Shown here piece after piece: positions 27,400 through 57,009 of a stretch of DNA of 64,000 nucleotides. Numbering within the stretch: position 1 is the stretch's first letter; the number at the start of each line of letters is the position of its first letter. The notes under the pieces are model-generated. The model saw only the letters and a list, made by a program, of their open reading frames with translations, made no database searches and had not been told where the DNA came from. The DNA comes from the human T2T-CHM13v2.0 reference genome, Homo sapiens: assembly GCF_009914755.1 (NCBI RefSeq), contig NC_060931.1. The stretch is one strand, 5' to 3'. Made by a program: the position numbers and the translations under genes.

Positions 27400-28760
27400 G
27401 CCTGGAGCCGCCGCTTCTCCTTTAAATACTCGCTCACGTGATCGCAGACGGGCACGCGCGGAGGAACTTCACGCTGTCAGGACAACGAGCCATTCCTCTA
27501 CCACTTCCCCTCCCCTAAGGCTTCTTGGCGTTCCCTCCCCGGAAGTCACAACTCCTCTGGAGACTTTCTCTTCCTCATCCCCTCCGTCGAGTCACCTATC
27601 CTCACTCCTTTCTGTTAGCTGCCGGCCCTAGCGCTCCCTCTCCTCGGCTGAATCTCACTTAGTGGAGGAAAGGCTGAAAGGACTACAACTCCCAGGGGAC
27701 GCTGCGGGCCCCGCCCATGGGGCGCGCAGTGTAGGTCGGGGCCTGAGGTCCCACGGTCTTCTCGCCGCGTGCGGCCGGGAGCAAACGCACTACAGGTTCC
27801 GTGGCGCCTCGCGCGAGGCCAGACCGGGACGGGGCGGGGCGGGGCTGGAGGGGCCGGGACTGGCGGGCGGAGAAAGGGGGTGGGAGAGGAGGCGATGGAG
27901 GGGAGGAGTGGGGACATGGGGGAGGGAAGAGGAAGGGAGGTGGGAGGCGGGGCCGACCAAGAGCAGGAGCTGGAGTCTGAGCCGGTGGTTGCAGCGGAGG
28001 CGGTGATGTCGGTGCAGGTTGTGTCAGCCGCGGCTGCCGCCAAGGTGCCTGAGGTGGAGCTGAAGGACCTGAGCCCCTCCGAGGCGGAGTCGCAACTAGG
28101 ACTGAGCACGGCCGCCGTGGGCGCCATGGCCCCCCCGGCGGGCGGTGGAGACCCTGAGGCTCCAGCTCCCGCCGCGGAGCGGCCCCCGGTCCCCGGCCCG
28201 GGCTCGGGGCCCGCCGCTGCTCTCAGCCCCGCCGCCGGGAAGGTGCCTCAGGCGTCGGCCATGAAGCGGAGCGACCCACATCACCAGCACCAGCGGCACC
28301 GCGACGGCGGCGAGGCCCTGGTCAGCCCCGACGGCACCGTCACCGAGGCGCCGCGCACAGTCAAGAAGGTACTGGGGCCGGGCTGCCTCTCTAGGAGAGG
28401 AAGGGAGGGGAGGGGAACTGCAGATCCTCTCGGCACGGCGGCACCACCCTCCACGCCCTCCTTTCTGATCGCAGGACCGGAGATACCCCTTGTCCCCTTA
28501 AACCCACTCTCTCAGAGATGCCCCCCAGCCGGCCCCTCGTGCTGGGAGCGGAGACTCCAGGAGGCACGGCCGTACTTCGCTCTGAATAACATGGAGGTAG
28601 CGCTCTCCCCTACTACTTGGAATAGGCAGCGGGAGGAGAGACACCTAATAGTACGTCCCGCGGCCCCAACACGCTCCCGGGTGTGATTTTCCAGCCTATC
28701 GGGGAAGAGACCTCGATAGTATAGAAAAACCTTACCGCTCACGGGAGTTCACACAGCAAT
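27400..28760. promoter_or_regulatory. CpG island / AHCYL2 promoter
   Basis: High GC with dense CpG; TCACGTGA E-box 27434-27441, ETS CCGGAAGT 27539-27546, ZNF143-type GACTACAACTCCCAG 27681-27695, tandem GC boxes 27831-27845. Confidence 0.9.
28006..28368 (+). CDS. AHCYL2: Adenosylhomocysteinase-like 2 (Long-IRBIT) coding exon 1
   Basis: ATG TCG GTG CAG...; MSVQVVSAAAAAKVPEVELKDLSPSEAESQLG...HHQHQRHRDGGEALVSPDGTVTEAPRTVKK then AAG|gtactg donor; 363 nt, phase 0; recognised N-terminus and synteny with SMO. Confidence 0.95.
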
Positions 28761-30284
28761 AAGGATGAAAAGATCTTTAATACTTGGAGAACGAGTAAGG
28801 TGTAGTCACCTTGCATAGAAATCGTCAGAGTTGTCTGGTTTCCATACAGTTGATGACTTTCTGCCTTTCTGTGGCCAACCGTGGCCATACAGCAACACGA
28901 TGCTGTGCCCTTCATTTCCAGCGACTGCGATATTCTCTCTTCCCTGAATATGTAAAAGGGTAATGGAGAGATTCTCCTCACTCTTTCGTGTTAAGAGCTT
29001 TGTCCTCCCTGCTGGGTATAGTTGGTCACCAGGATTATTAGGCTGTGTATGAAGAGAATGAATGTCTTATTGATTGCTTTATTATAATCTGAAAGTGATA
29101 GGAAGAAATGCTGCTACTTTTGGGAAAGACGATCTTTGTGGGGTTTTCGGTCTTAGGCGTCAGCTTCTTTCAGACAGTTTTGAGGAGGTCTCAGAATACC
29201 AAGAAGTAACTGCCTAGGTGGATGATAGCCCTGTATTACCCGTACATTGTCTATCCATAGTTGTCTGTCTCTCTCAAAGCTTGTCTTTCTTTCTCTCTTA
29301 AAGCTGAATCAGCACAGAAAAACAGGGCAAGTATTGGAAAAGACAGAAGTGTGGATCATATAAAAAGGGCTTACAGCTTCAATTTCGTAGACACAGTATG
29401 GGCACAGGGATTAATGTTTTTTTTAAATTGTTGTGAATGGTTTTTAATTGCTTTATCAGAACAGCAACAAAGAGACTGGAAGTGTGCATTGGTTTTACTG
29501 TGTGGGACCAGCTGAATTGGAACCTTGGATCCACCATAACTTTTTGTTGTCATAGCGTCATGATTAAGGTATAGCGGATAATCCTTTCATCCTAACGATA
29601 CAAATTTAGGTGATAAGTCAGAGGCAAGACTGAAGGAATTTCTGTAATGCTTTAGACAATGTCTTTGTCGTTTGTAGTATGAAACTCCTCTGGGAAGAAT
29701 TAGCGTAGAAAGAGGCAGCATCCTGCAGAAATGGGTTTAAAGAAAAAAAGTAAAGTAAAAAAGAGAGGCAGCAGCAGCACCAGTGCTGGGAGTACCTAGA
29801 TCTGAGTCTGGAAATCCAAAGCATACTTCTGACTTGTTGAGATACTTTGTAACTTTCGTTAAGTCATTTTCTTGTGATAAAGACTGTTTTTGTCTAAACT
29901 TTGTAATTTGGTTAGATTTCTTTAGGCTAAAAGTGTTTAACAAATTGCTTTTAGAGCATGAAGTTTACAGTCAGGCAGACCTGGATTTGAAGCCTAGTAC
30001 CCCCATTACTACCTTTTGGGTAATTTCCAAATTACACAAATGAGTTTCCTCTTCTATAAAATGAAAGTACTAATTATGATTGAGGATTAGAAATATTTGT
30101 AAAAGGTTTAGCATTGAGCTTGGCACATAAAGTCTTAAATGATATTCTTACTAATGCTTTTATTATTATGAATAATTGATTTTATTTTATTCCTCCCATC
30201 ATGGCTTAAGTGCAAGCCCCCATGACCACCTCTGAAAGTTACACACAGTTCAATATATTCTATATAAAGAAATTAAAAAATCAT

Positions 30285-34180
<3,896 letters not shown>

Positions 34181-34235
34181 GCTGCTTTAGGAGCTGAAGT
34201 TGCAGTTGTGTGTTTGATGTCTTGAGGAAGACAAT

Positions 34236-34262
34236 TACTACTACTACTACTACTAGTACTAC
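34236..34262. repeat. (CTA)n microsatellite
   Basis: tactactactactactactagtactac. Confidence 0.8.
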
Positions 34263-35029
34263 CTACATTCTCAGTATCCAGTTAATTGAAGAAATCGATA
34301 GTTCATTAAAAAGGGAGAGTGAGTTTATTATATCATTTCCTTGGAAGTGATTCCCTCCCCCACGAGAGAAAAAAAGTTTGTTGTAATCTTTATTCAGACC
34401 CTTTGTCAAGTTTATAAAGAATATGCAGTTTGTTTCATGGTGGTTTTTGTTTAAATAATTTAGAGAGGTACAACTGAGGCAGATGGGAAGAGAACAATCT
34501 TGGCAGTTGCCCTGATCCACTGCCCTGCTGTCATGTTTAGGTGGTAGACACAATTAGAGGAGCTGAAATTCCATTCACCCAACAAGAGGTTTAGTAAACT
34601 TGATCAGATTTCTGTGGAATTTGTAGGAGCTTTTTATAGTCTGAATGACCTATGGCCTGCGATTTGGTGAGAGCAGAGCAGAAAGCGGCAGTGGATTGAC
34701 GTTTCTTCTGTAACAGTTCCCAACTCTAAAATTACTTTGATTAAATTAGATGATTATTTGTATGGGTTTCAGTCTCCCTTTTCCCCAGCTGTATTGTGCA
34801 ACAGTTCAGTTAGCTATTTCCCTCTTGGACGCTTGCACTAAAAGCTGGTGATTTTATTTTCTTTTTTTTTTTCAAGGGTCTATCAGTAGAAATCTATTGG
34901 TTTGGGGCACCTAGTTCTTAGCTTAGAACCTATATAAAGGAAGGGTATTTGAACTGCTGATTGAGTTTCTCTGAGTATAGGACTTTAGCCTTTCTGAATG
35001 TTGCAAACCTGAGGCTAAAACTAGCTTCA

Positions 35030-38170
<3,141 letters not shown>

Positions 38171-38180
38171 ATTCTTCTTC

Positions 38181-47107
<8,927 letters not shown>

Positions 47108-47318
47108 TAGATACAGAGTCTTGCTATGTTGCCCAGGATGGTGTTGAATTCCTGGGCTCAAGCAATCCTTCAACCTTGGCCTTTCAAAATGCTGGAATTA
47201 CAGGCATGAGCCACTGTGCCTGGCCTTATTTTATTTTCCATATGGATAACCAGTTGTCCCATATGTTTCCATATGGACAACCAATTGTTGACTGAGTATG
47301 TCTTTTCTCTGTGATACG

Positions 47319-47688
47319 TGTCATAGTCCACTCAGGTTGCTGTAACAAAAATACCATAGATAGGGAGTCTTATAAACAATGGAACTTGCTTTCTCATGGT
47401 TCTGGAGGCTGGGAGTCTGAGATCAGACTGGTGATCAGATTCAATGTCTGGTGTGGCCTAGCTAACTGGTTCATAGATGACAGTCTTTTTGCTGTGTCCT
47501 CACTTGGGGGAAGAGGGAAGGGAATTCTCTGGGACCCTCTTTTATGAGGGCACTAATCTCATTTATGAGGACTCCACCCTCATGACCTAATCACCTCCCA
47601 AAGGCCTCACCACCAAATACCATCACACTGGGGGTTAGATTTCAACATACGAATCTTTTGGGGGAACACAAACATTCAGTCTAGGGCA
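47319..47688 (-). mobile_element. MLT1A-type MaLR solo LTR
   Basis: CCACCCTCATGACCTAATCACCTCCCAAAGGCC...AATACCATCACACTGGGGGTTAGATTTCAACATACGAAT...CACAAACATTCAG; ~370 bp. Confidence 0.85.
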
Positions 47689-48968
47689 ATATCTAATGCC
47701 GCCTTCTGATATCCAGATCCTTTCTGTTTCTGGATTCTCCCTTTTGTTTCACTGGTGTCTTTGTTGATGTCTTTACCAATTGCATGCTTTTTAAATTGTT
47801 AGAACTTTATAACAACTCTTGATATTTTGGTTGGGCAAGTTCTTCCTAATGTATTCCTTATTTTAAACAGCAAGAGGTAAAATTTGCATAGTGTAAAATC
47901 CACCCATTACAAATTACAATTCAATGATATATATTTGTAGAATATTCTTTTTTTTTTTTTTTTTTGACAGAGTCTCACTCTGTTGCCCAGGCTGGAGTGC
48001 AGTGGCACAGTCTCGGCTCACTGCAGTCTCCGCCTCCTGGGCTCAAGTGATTCTCTTACTTCAGCCTCCCGAGTACCTGGGATTATAGGCGTGTACCACC
48101 ATGCCCAGCTAATTTTTGTATTTTTAGTAGAGATGGGGTTTCACCATGTTGGTCAGGCTGGTCTCAAACTCCTGACCTCAGGTGATCGACCTGCCTCAGC
48201 CTCCCAAAGTGCTGGGATTACAGGCATGAGCCACTGCACCCGGCCAGAATATTCTGTTTATGGTAAAATATATATAACATGCAATTTACCATTTTATGCA
48301 TTTTTAAGTGCATAGTTCAGTGGCATTAAGTACATTCACACTGTTGTGCAACCATCACTACTACTCATCTTCTGAAGTTTTTTCATCTTCCCAAACCAAA
48401 ACTCCATACCCATTAAACAGTAACTCTCCATTCCTTCCTCCCCCAGCCCCTGGAAATCACCATTCTATTTTGTCTTTTATGAATTTGACTTCTCTAGGTA
48501 CCTTATATAAGTAGACTCATACAGTATTTTTCCTTATGTCTGGCTTATTTCACTTAGCATAATATCTTCAAGGTTCATCCATGTTGTATCACATGCCAGA
48601 ATTTCATTCATTTTTCAGGGTGAATAATATTCCATTTTACATATACGTACCACATTTTGTTTATTCATTTGTTAATGAACAGTTGGGTTGTTTCTACCTT
48701 TTGGCTGTTGTGAATAATGCTTCTATGAACATTGCCATACAAATATCTGTTGAAGTCAATACTTTGAGTTCTGTTGGTTGTATACCCAGAAATGGAATTG
48801 CTGGGTTATATGGTCATTTTATTTCTGACGTTTTGCAAAACTGTCATACCGTTTTCCATAGCAACTGCACTGTTTTACATTTCTATCATCAGTGTACAAG
48901 GATTCTAATTTTTATACATCGACAACACTTATTTCGTTTTTTGATAATAGTCATCCTAATAGGTGTGA

Positions 48969-49157
<189 letters not shown>

Positions 49158-51179
49158 TAGTAGAGACAGGGTTTCTCCATGTTGGTCAGGCTGGTCTTGA
49201 ACTCCCGACCTAAGGTGATCCACCCGCCTCGGCCTCCCAAAGTGCTGGGATTACAGGCGTGAGCCACCACACCCTGCCAAGTATGTAGAATTTTAAAATC
49301 ACCTCCACAATCCAGTTTCAGAACATTTTCATTTCCCCCAGAAGTCACTTTTGCCCATTTGTGGTCAGTCCCTGATCCCACCCTCTGCCCCAGGTAACTA
49401 CTGATCAGCTTTCTTTCTGTTTATTTTTATTTTTTTGAGACAGGATCTCGCTCTGTCACTCTGGCTGGAGTGCCATGCTGTGAACTCGGCTCACTGTGGT
49501 CTTGATCTCCTACGCTCAATCGATCTTCTCATCTCACCTTCCAAGTAGCTGGGGCTATAGTTGCGTGCCACCGTGGCTGGCTAATTTTTGTATTTTTTGT
49601 AGAGATGGGATATCATCTTGTTGCCCAGGCAAGTCTCAAACTCCTGGGCTCAAGTGATCCACCTGCCTCAGCTTCCCAAAGTGCTGGGACTATAGTTGTG
49701 AGCCACCATGCCTTTTCTGGAAATTTCATATAAATTAAATTATACAATATGGGGTCTTTTGTGTGTGGCTTTTCCACTTGATGTAATGTTTTTGAGGTTC
49801 ATTCATGTAGTAGGTTCATTCAGTAGTTCCTTTTTATTGCTGAGTAGTATTTCATTATATGGCTATACCACATTTTATCAGTTTAGTAGTTGATGGACAT
49901 TTAGATTATATCATCTTTTAGCTATTTTGAATAATGCAGTTATGATCAATTATGGTAAATCTTTTGGCAGACATATATTTTCATTTCTCTTGGGTGGATA
50001 TCTAGGAGTGGAATGGCTGGGTTGTGTGTTACATTTATGTGTAATTATTTCATATAAATGTAACTGGCAAACTGTTTTCCAAAGCGATTGTATGATGTTA
50101 GATTCCCACCAGCAATGCATGAATGTTTCATTTTCTCTACATCCTTGCCAATACTTGGCATTGTCAGTCTTTTTGATGATAACCATCGAAGCAGTTGTAT
50201 AGTGCTATGTCATTATGGTTTTAATTTGTGTTTCCTCATGACTAATGATGTTGAGCATGTGCTTATTAGCTATTTGTATATCTTTTTTGCTAAAATGACT
50301 GTTTACATCATTTTCCCATTTTTAATTGGGTTGTTTTATTATTGAGTTGTAGGAATTCTTTATACAGCATGTTCTGAATACAAAAGATTTTTCAGATATG
50401 TGATTTGCAAATACTTTCTCCTAGTCTGTGGCTTGTCTTTTCATTTTCCTGATGATGTATTTTAAAGAGCTAATCTTTTTAATTTTGAAAAAGTCCAATT
50501 TACTACTTTTTAAATAGATTGTACTTTTTTTTTTCCCCCCAAGACAAGGCCTCATTCTGTCACCCAGTTTGGAGTGCAGTAGCATGATCATGGCTTACTG
50601 CAGCCTTGACTTCCCTGGGCTCAGATGATTCTCCCACCTCAGCCTCCTGAGTAGCTGGGAGTACAGGTGTGTGCCACCATGCCCAGCTAATTTTTCTATT
50701 TTTCGTAGAGAAGGGGTTTTGCCATGTTGCCCAGGCTGGTCTTGAACTCCTGGGTTCAATCAATCTGCCCACTTCTGCCTCCCAAAGTGCTGGGACTGCA
50801 AGCATGAGCCACTGCACTTAGCCTTAGATTCTACTTTTGGTGGTATAACAAAGAAATCTTTGTGTAACTCAAGGTCACAAATTTTATCTCCTTTGTTTTC
50901 GTCTAATGGTTTTATAGTTTAGGTTTTGCATTTAGATTTTTGGGCTTGGGGTGAAAAAAGTCCCCATTTTTTCCCTTCATATGGATATCCACTTATCCCA
51001 GCACCATTAGTTGAAAGAACTATCCTTTCCTCATTGAATTGCTGTGATACCTTTGTTGCAAATCAGCTGTCTGCAGATGTGGAGGTATGTTTCTAGACTT
51101 TCTTCTGTTCCATTGATCAGCTTGTCTGTCTTGATGCCAGTACAGCACTCCCCTGATTTTTGTAGCTTTATTGTAAGTA

Positions 51180-51509
51180 CAGTTATCCCTTGGTTTCCTT
51201 GGGGAATTGGTTCCAGGACCCTCATGGATATAAAAATCCTGGGATGCTCGAGTCCCTTATATAAAATGGCATAGTATTGCATATAACCTGTGCATATCCT
51301 CCTGTATACTTAAATCATTTCTACATTACTTACACCTAATATAATGTAAATGCTATGTAAATAGTTGTTACACTGTATTTTTTATTTGTATTACTTTTTA
51401 TTGTTGTGTTGTTACTATTTTTTCTTTTTTTCTTTTTTTTTTTAAATATTTTTGATCTGAGGTTGGTTGAATCTGTGGATGCAGAACCCATGGATATGAG
51501 GGCTGACTG
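51180..51509. mobile_element. MER2 (Tigger family) inserted in L1
   Basis: ta|CAGTTATCCCTTGGT...GATATGAGGGCTGACTG; inverted termini; internal TTGGTTCCAGGACCC and GGTTGAATCTGTGGATGCAGAACCC. Confidence 0.85.
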
Positions 51510-51899
51510 TTGGAATTGGGTAGTATAAATCCTGGATACTATTTTTTTTTTTTTTTCAAAATTATTTTGGGTATCCAAGTCCTTTGAATTTCCACATAGA
51601 TTTTAGGATAAGCTTGTCAATGTCTACAGAAAAAGCTTGCTAGGATTTTGATAGGGATTTCATTGAATCTGTAGGTCAATTCGGGAGAATTCCCATCTTA
51701 ATGATACTGAGACTTCTGATACATGAACATGGAACTTCTCTCCATTTATTTAGATTTTCTCTAGCTGCTCTTTAGCAGTATTTTGTACTTTACACTGTAT
51801 AGGCTATTGTAAATGAAATTGTTTTCTTGATTTTACTTTCAGATTGTTTATTGCTAGCATAAACAATTGTAAAAATACAATTTTTTAAAATTGTGGTAA

Positions 51900-52256
<357 letters not shown>

Positions 52257-52347
52257 TAAGTACATTCACAATATTACCATTACCACTATCTATACCCAAA
52301 ACTTTTTCATTGCCTCTAACAAAAACTATGTATTAAACATTATCTTC

Positions 52348-52646
<299 letters not shown>

Positions 52647-55401
52647 TAAACATTGTCTTCTTTTCCCCGGTCCCCCAGCCCTTGGAAACCTCTATTCTAT
52701 TTTCTGTCTCTATGAATTTGCCTATTCTGGGTACCTTTTCTTTTTCCTTTGGTGTCTGGCTTATTTTACTTGGTATAATGTTTTCAAGGTCCCTTCATAT
52801 TGTAGCCTGTATTAGAATTTCATTCTTTTTAAGGCCGAGTAATATTCTGTTGTTTATCCATTCATCTGTTGATGGATATTATGGATATTTGGGTTGTCTC
52901 TATATTCTTTTGGCTATTGTGAATAATGCTGTTATTGGGGTACAAGGCTGGACGCAGTGGCCCACACCACTCCCAACTTCTGGGAGGCCAGTGTGGGAGT
53001 ATTGCTTGAGGCCAGAGGTTGAGACTAGCCTGGGCAACTTAGCAAGAATCCATCTCTTCCAAAAAAAAAAGTTAGCTGGGCATGGTGGTGTGCAATTGTA
53101 GTCCTAGTTACCTGGGAGGCTGAGTTCGAGGCCACGGTCAGCTATTATTGCACCACTGCACTCCAGCTGGGATGACAGAGTGAGACCCTGTCTCAAAAAC
53201 AAACAAACCAAAAAGTTGGTATGCAAATATCTGTTTTGAGCTCCTGCTTTCAATTCTTTTGGATATATACCTAAGAGTGGAATTGCTTGATTACAGTTGA
53301 TTATTGTGTTGATCTTGTATTCTGCAATTTTAATAAACTTGTGTATTTAGTTTTTTGAAGATTCTTTAGGATTTTCTTTGTACAGGATCATGTTATCTAC
53401 AAATGACCATTTTACTTCTTCTTGTCCAATGTATGTGCCTTTAATTTCTTTTCTTTTCATATTACACTGTCTAGAACCTCCAGTACAATGTTGAATAGAA
53501 GTGGCAACAGTGGACATGTTTGCCTTGTTTCCGATTTTAGAGGAAAAGTATTCAGTCTTTCATCATTAAGTGTAATGTTCACTGATAGTTGGTAGGGCAG
53601 ATTTCTCCTAATATATCCTTTATAATGTCTTAGTTTTGGCTGACTAAGGGACTGAATAAATTGGCATGTGTTAGTGAATATCACCTCTTGACATTTATAT
53701 GTCTCTTAGCTAAGCTATAAGATTAAAAATCCCTTTCTTCCTTGTAGAATGGAGCAACCCTTATGATACCCTGTAAGTTTCTACTTTGAGTCCTTCAGTT
53801 TTTGAATTAGTCAAATTACTCATCTAAATTTGCAGTTCATGGTCTGCTTGTCCATATTAAAGTCTAGGGTGTCTAGATTGTGACCAAAACCGGTGAAGCC
53901 TTTGTGTTTTCTGATGCTGTTTTAAAGCTTATTATAATTTTCCCTTCTATGGGGAAAGATTCTGTGCTGTTTTCTCTTAAAGTGAAATGTATGTTGTTGT
54001 GTGTTTTTAAATAGATGTAGTTTATTTTACAGTCCAAACCTGTTGTTTCATCTATTCCCATAAGATCCACAGGCAGCATCCTTCTCCATTTGGATGGGGA
54101 CAGTGAGGTTTATATACCTTGATTGGTAAGCCTGTGTCTGATGTTTTAAGTGCCTTATCCCTTAAATTGTAAACTCTACAGGACTTAGACCATGTGTGTC
54201 TTGTTCACTGTATTGTTAACAGCTGGCAGATAGTAAAGATTTTTTTTTTTTTTTTTTTTTAAATAAGAGTGATTAAATCAGTTTGTTTTGTGATGCTTGT
54301 GTGAAGAGAAGTGATTAGTGTAAACTGGCTTTGCTTTAGGGTTTTCATTCTCTAAATTCTTGAAGCATTCTAGAGTAGGAATTGTTGTCTATTTAGTTTA
54401 AACAGGATTTTTTTCCAGTTTCTTCTTAGTAATTAAGCTATTACTAGGTTTATTATTCTCTTACATGTGTGCATTTAAAAAATTTGAAACACATCTCGCC
54501 TCCTTTACAGTTTGGTAAAGGCTGCCTTGGCGTCCCAAAGTGGTGAGATTACAGGTGTGCGCCACTGTGCCTGGCCAGCTGAAGTTTTTGATTCCCAGCC
54601 TTATTCTCTGTCTTTGCACCTCAGTGATGCTCCAGTAAGCATCATCTGTTTTTCTCAAACTGCTTGATATAATGGTAACTCATATAGTTTGATAATGAGG
54701 ATATCTAAAAATGATTATTTCCAGTTCAAATACGTCCATTAATCTGCATGCTTAATCCTAATTTTTTTCTTGTCACACTGCCTTCTGAGTTATTATAGTG
54801 GCTTATACATTTTATGGTTTCTAGAATCTTTTTGAGTGAGAATCATTGAGAATATTTGTGTTTTTAATCTCTTCTGTTTATCTCTTCTGTTGATGTGCTT
54901 TTTGTTAATTATTTGGCTGGCTTTTAGTGGATCTTGCACAATTTAATGCTGGCACATGATAAGTTCATAATAAATGTTTCTGATTATCGAGCTGAGCCCC
55001 AGTCATGAACCATTGATTTCTAACATACTCTCTCCCTTTAGCAACCTGGTTACCTCTGCCCTTAAATGAACATAACCCCTGATGCCATGACATACATGGA
55101 GACTTCAGTATTAATTTTTCAGTTCTTGTATGTAACACTCTTAGGTAGAGTCTCTGTCAGATGGCACTGATAATTAATCCTTTGGAAAGATCCCAAGGGC
55201 TTTCAGGCTCTCTGGCTAGATGTTAACAACAGGAACAGTGAGTAGTATATAGCAACATGATACTTGACAGTTTTAAAGCAACACTGGTTTTATTTAAGAT
55301 CATCGGGTTAAACCAGCTAATACTCCTTTGGCTTAAAACCTACTTGTAGTTTTTACTGTTTGGTATTCTCTTCTCAGAATTGTTCTTTATATATGTAGCA
55401 G

Positions 55402-56693
55402 AGGCTGCACGTGATGGCTCACCTCTGTAATCCCAGCACTTTGGGAGGGTGATGCAGGAGGATTGCTTGAGCACAGGAGTTTGAGACCAGCCTAAGCAAC
55501 ATAGTGAGACCCTACTTTTCCAAAAAATTAAAATATTGTCTGGGGGTGGTGGCACATGCCTGTAATCCCAGCCACTTGGGAAGTTGAGGTGGGAGGATCA
55601 CTTGAGCAAAGGGGTTTGAGGCTGCAGTGAGCTATGATCGTGCCACTGCACTCCAGCCTGGGTGACAAAGCAAGACCTTGTCTCTGATTGATTGATAGCT
55701 AGGTAGGTAGGTAGGTAGATAGATGATTGATTGATTGATTGATTGATAGATAAATAGATAGCAGAGATCATGACAAGTCTGTGTCCCACTTGAAGATTAG
55801 AAGACTCAGCAGGTGGGCTCTTGGCTTAAAAAGAAGGCAAAGGTAGCCGGGCACGGTGGCTCATGCCTGTAATCCCAGCGCTTTGGGAGGCTGAGGTGGG
55901 CGGATCATGAGGTCAGGAGTTCAAGACCAGCCTGGCCAAGATGGTGAAACCCTGTCTCTACTAAAAATACAAAAAATTAGCCAGGTGTGGTGGCGGGCGC
56001 CTGTAATCCAAGCTACTGGGGAGGCTGAGGCAGAGAATTGCGTGAACCCAGGAGGTGGAGGTTGCAGTGAGCCGAGATTGTACCACTGCACTCCAGCCTG
56101 GCCGACAGAGCAAGACTCTGTTTCAAAAAAAAAAAGAAGGCAAAGGTGATAGGTGTTTTGGGACTCACAGTCAGACTCATGAAGGCTTTGTCCCAATCTT
56201 GAGAAGAAGAAGGGACCCTTAGGAAGATTGGGACCTTGCCAAGACGTAGCATGTAGCAGAGTATCGAAGAATACTCTTTTTAGAGCACTTACAAATATGA
56301 ATTAATTCTTACGGTAGCACTGTGATAAGCAATTGTAGTTTACTAATGGCAAGACCAAATAAAGTGAAATTCAATTAATGTTTGTTAAATGACGTCGAGC
56401 ACTATACTTAGTGCTTGTCCAAGGCTTCAGAGCTGTAAATGCAAATGGCAAACACTGTATTTTGCTAAGACAGCACCTCAGTTTCTCTGTCTGTAAATAT
56501 AATCCCAGAGTTATAAGGTTGTAATTAAGAAATTATTTTTTATTTTTGAGACAGGATCTCACTCTGTTGCCCTGGTTGGGGTGCAGTGGTTCAGACACAG
56601 CTCACTACAGCTTCGACCTTCTGGGCCCAAGTGATTCTTCTGCCTCAGCCTTCCAAAGTGCTGGGATTACAGGCATAAGCTGCTCTACCTGGT
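55402..56693. mobile_element. Alus (55402-55684 +, 55846-56135 +, 56535-56693 - partial)
   Basis: Alu motifs. Confidence 0.85.
55685..55761. repeat. Compound tetranucleotide STR (GATT/AGGT/GATA) in an Alu tail
   Basis: gattgattgatagctaggtaggtaggtaggtagatagatgattgattgattgatt... Confidence 0.85.
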
Positions 56694-56866
56694 CAAAAAA
56701 TATTCTTCTTGAATATTTAGAGATTAGAATGCAAATGTTTCAAAATATACTTGTTTAGGTTTTCATGTTTCATGCATTTTCAAAGGAGTAAAAATAATTA
56801 CAGAAAAGAGAAACAAATGTAGTTTATAGTTATATCTTTTCTGCTTAACTATTATGATTTAGTTAA

Positions 56867-57009
56867 TCAAACACAAGGTAAAAAGCTGAACTTGAATTCT
56901 TGTTCTGTAGTACTTTAACCAAGTGTTTATTTCACAAAATCAAAATATGAGCACTTGGTTTAAGTATTACAGAATAAGAATTCAAGTTCAGTTTTTTACC
57001 TGTCTTTGA
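56867..57009. repeat. Long inverted repeat / hairpin (55-bp core arms, 16-nt loop)
   Basis: 56876-56930 is the reverse complement of 56947-57001 at 49/55 positions. Confidence 0.92.

Noticed and set aside
27769-28686. 305-aa ORF as an intronless gene
   Set aside because: It begins at a non-ATG codon and is AHCYL2 exon 1 plus GC-rich flanks; the donor after 28368 explains the coding part.
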